DNA from: Candidatus Giovannonibacteria bacterium RIFCSPLOWO2_12_FULL_44_15 | GTDB lineage: Bacteria > Patescibacteriota > Minisyncoccia > JACPKW01 > UBA11713 | Assembly (NCBI GenBank): GCA_001778905.1 | Contig: MFIQ01000001.1 | Span: 9,539-60,577, forward strand | Direction of reading: 5' to 3' | DNA length: 51,039 bases | Shown: piece after piece, positions 50,155 through 51,039 of the stretch | Layout of the letters: each line of letters begins with the position of its first letter | Position numbering within the stretch: the stretch's first letter is position 1 | The notes under the pieces: model-generated | Seen by the model: the letters and a program-made list of their open reading frames with translations, nothing else | Databases searched by the model: none | What the model was told of the DNA's origin: nothing | Made by a program: the position numbers and the translations under genes

Positions 50155-51039
50155 TTATATGACTTTAAAAATTTCTCCTCCCGAGTCTTTTATAGCGCCT
50201 TTTATTTCGAGCAAGGAAAGTACCGGGATTAATTCTGACGGGGTAAGGCCAAGTTTTCTCATCAAGTCATCTTTTAATATAGGTTCCGCCACGCCGTCTA
50301 AAATCTTTTTCTCCATGTCTGAGAACTCCACATAAGATTGCGGAAGTGAATCGCCCGATTCTACTCCGAATACGTTTAATATGTCAACTGAAGACGTTAT
50401 CGGCGTAGCGCCTTCCTTTATTAGTTTGTTGGTTCCCTTGGCATTCTCTAGGAATATTGAACCCGGCAAAGCCATGACTTCGCGGTTAAAATCTAAGGCG
50501 TACCTGGCTGTTATGAGCGCCCCGGATTTTTCTTTCGCCTCCACTATCCAGACTGCCCTGGAAAGCCCCGCAATTATACGGTTTCTTTGCGGGAAGGTAT
50601 TAATGTTTGCCTTCATTTCATAAGGGTATTCCGATATGACGGCGCCCCCGCCTGAAGCGATTTTATCCGCGAGCCTCAAGTTTTCTTTGGGGAAAAGGGC
50701 CTTAGGGGAAAGGCCTGAACCAAGAACCGCGATAGTCTTCATTTTATTTTTTAACGCTGTCTCGTGGGAGAAAGAGTCTATCCCTTTAGCGAGCCCGGAT
50801 ACTATTACGAAATTTCTCCCAGAAAGTTCGCTTAGTATACCTACGCAAGCTTCTTTGCCATATGTTGAATATCTTCTGGTGCCGACGACGCCGAGATGGT
50901 GCGAATCTTCTTCTGGCAATATCCCTTTTACATAAAGAACCTCCGGAGGAGCCGGGGTTTCTTTGAGCATTGCGGGCAATTCGCCTTGGAGCAGAAGGGC
51001 GACACCTTCTCTTTCAAGATTTCTAAATTCTTTCTCCGG
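50155..51039 (-). CDS. dprA: DNA-processing protein DprA (Smf), N-terminus runs off the window
   Basis: PPEVLYVKG ... GVVGTRRYSTYG ... VSGLAKGIDS ... PQRNRIIAGLS match the DprA Rossmann domain, and the C-terminus is winged-helix-like. The frame stays open upstream of ATG 50979 to the window edge (...FRNLEREGVALLLQGELPAMLKE). Confidence 0.9.
   Translation of the reverse strand, partial: PEKEFRNLEREGVALLLQGELPAMLKETPAPPEVLYVKGILPEEDSHHLGVVGTRRYSTYGKEACVGILSELSGRNFVIVSGLAKGIDSFSHETALKNKMKTIAVLGSGLSPKALFPKENLRLADKIASGGGAVISEYPYEMKANINTFPQRNRIIAGLSRAVWIVEAKEKSGALITARYALDFNREVMALPGSIFLENAKGTNKLIKEGATPITSSVDILNVFGVESGDSLPQSYVEFSDMEKKILDGVAEPILKDDLMRKLGLTPSELIPVLSLLEIKGAIKDSGGEIFKVI

Noticed and set aside
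1-51039. I looked for a CRISPR array, rRNA genes, and transposase, integrase or prophage genes.
   Set aside because: I saw no regularly spaced direct repeats, no rRNA-like sequence, and no ORF with DDE, tyrosine- or serine-recombinase, or phage structural motifs.
1-51039. I considered an alternative genetic code with UGA recoded, as in Gracilibacteria/Absconditabacteria.
   Set aside because: Conserved genes end at TGA at the expected lengths (for example ComEC at 1450-1452, smpB at 16152-16154 and the 528-aa protein at 43036-43038). No conserved gene needs read-through of an internal TGA.

Overview
This is a chromosomal segment that is coding almost end to end, from a small-genome, AT-leaning bacterium. 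It uses the standard genetic code, since conserved genes stop at TGA, TAA or TAG at the expected lengths. Several traits suggest a Patescibacteria/CPR (Parcubacteria-like) organism, by inference only: many 4-8 nt gene overlaps (ATGA, TAATG), trimmed housekeeping proteins, a DNA-uptake set (split ComEC, DprA, mini-RecO), no biosynthetic operons, and surface proteins with KGFINIVVIIG-type anchors. The content is mainly housekeeping. It includes five aminoacyl-tRNA synthetases (argS, ileS, glyQS, metG, leuS) and the infC-rpmI-rplT operon. There is also a base-excision-repair run (UDG, PolX, NUDIX, MGMT) and the genes murI, glyA-folD, tsaC, parB, rel, topA and dprA. RNA elements are a tmRNA whose 5' end overlaps the smpB stop codon, tRNA-Leu(CAA), and a cobalamin riboswitch with an intrinsic terminator. 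I found no rRNA, CRISPR array, transposase or integrase. The most notable observations are these. (1) IleRS carries an in-frame insertion of about 190 aa with all histidine-phosphatase (RHG...SHG) motifs, placed between the two CxxC halves of its zinc knuckle. (2) None of the four class-I synthetases here has a canonical HIGH signature (TMAN, GIHH, HIGF, HIGS), while their KMSKS loops are canonical. (3) There is a two-locus vitamin B12 economy. One locus holds a putative transporter, the class II RNR NrdJ and a PduO adenosyltransferase. The other is a riboswitch-controlled operon of secreted proteins, including one with a transcobalamin/intrinsic-factor-like domain order. (4) A small GIY-YIG gene is bracketed by tRNA-Leu and a partial copy of the tRNA-Leu 5' half. 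(5) A 578-aa cysteine-rich protein of unknown function is translationally coupled to ileS. All domain calls come from motif recognition by eye; no database search was run.
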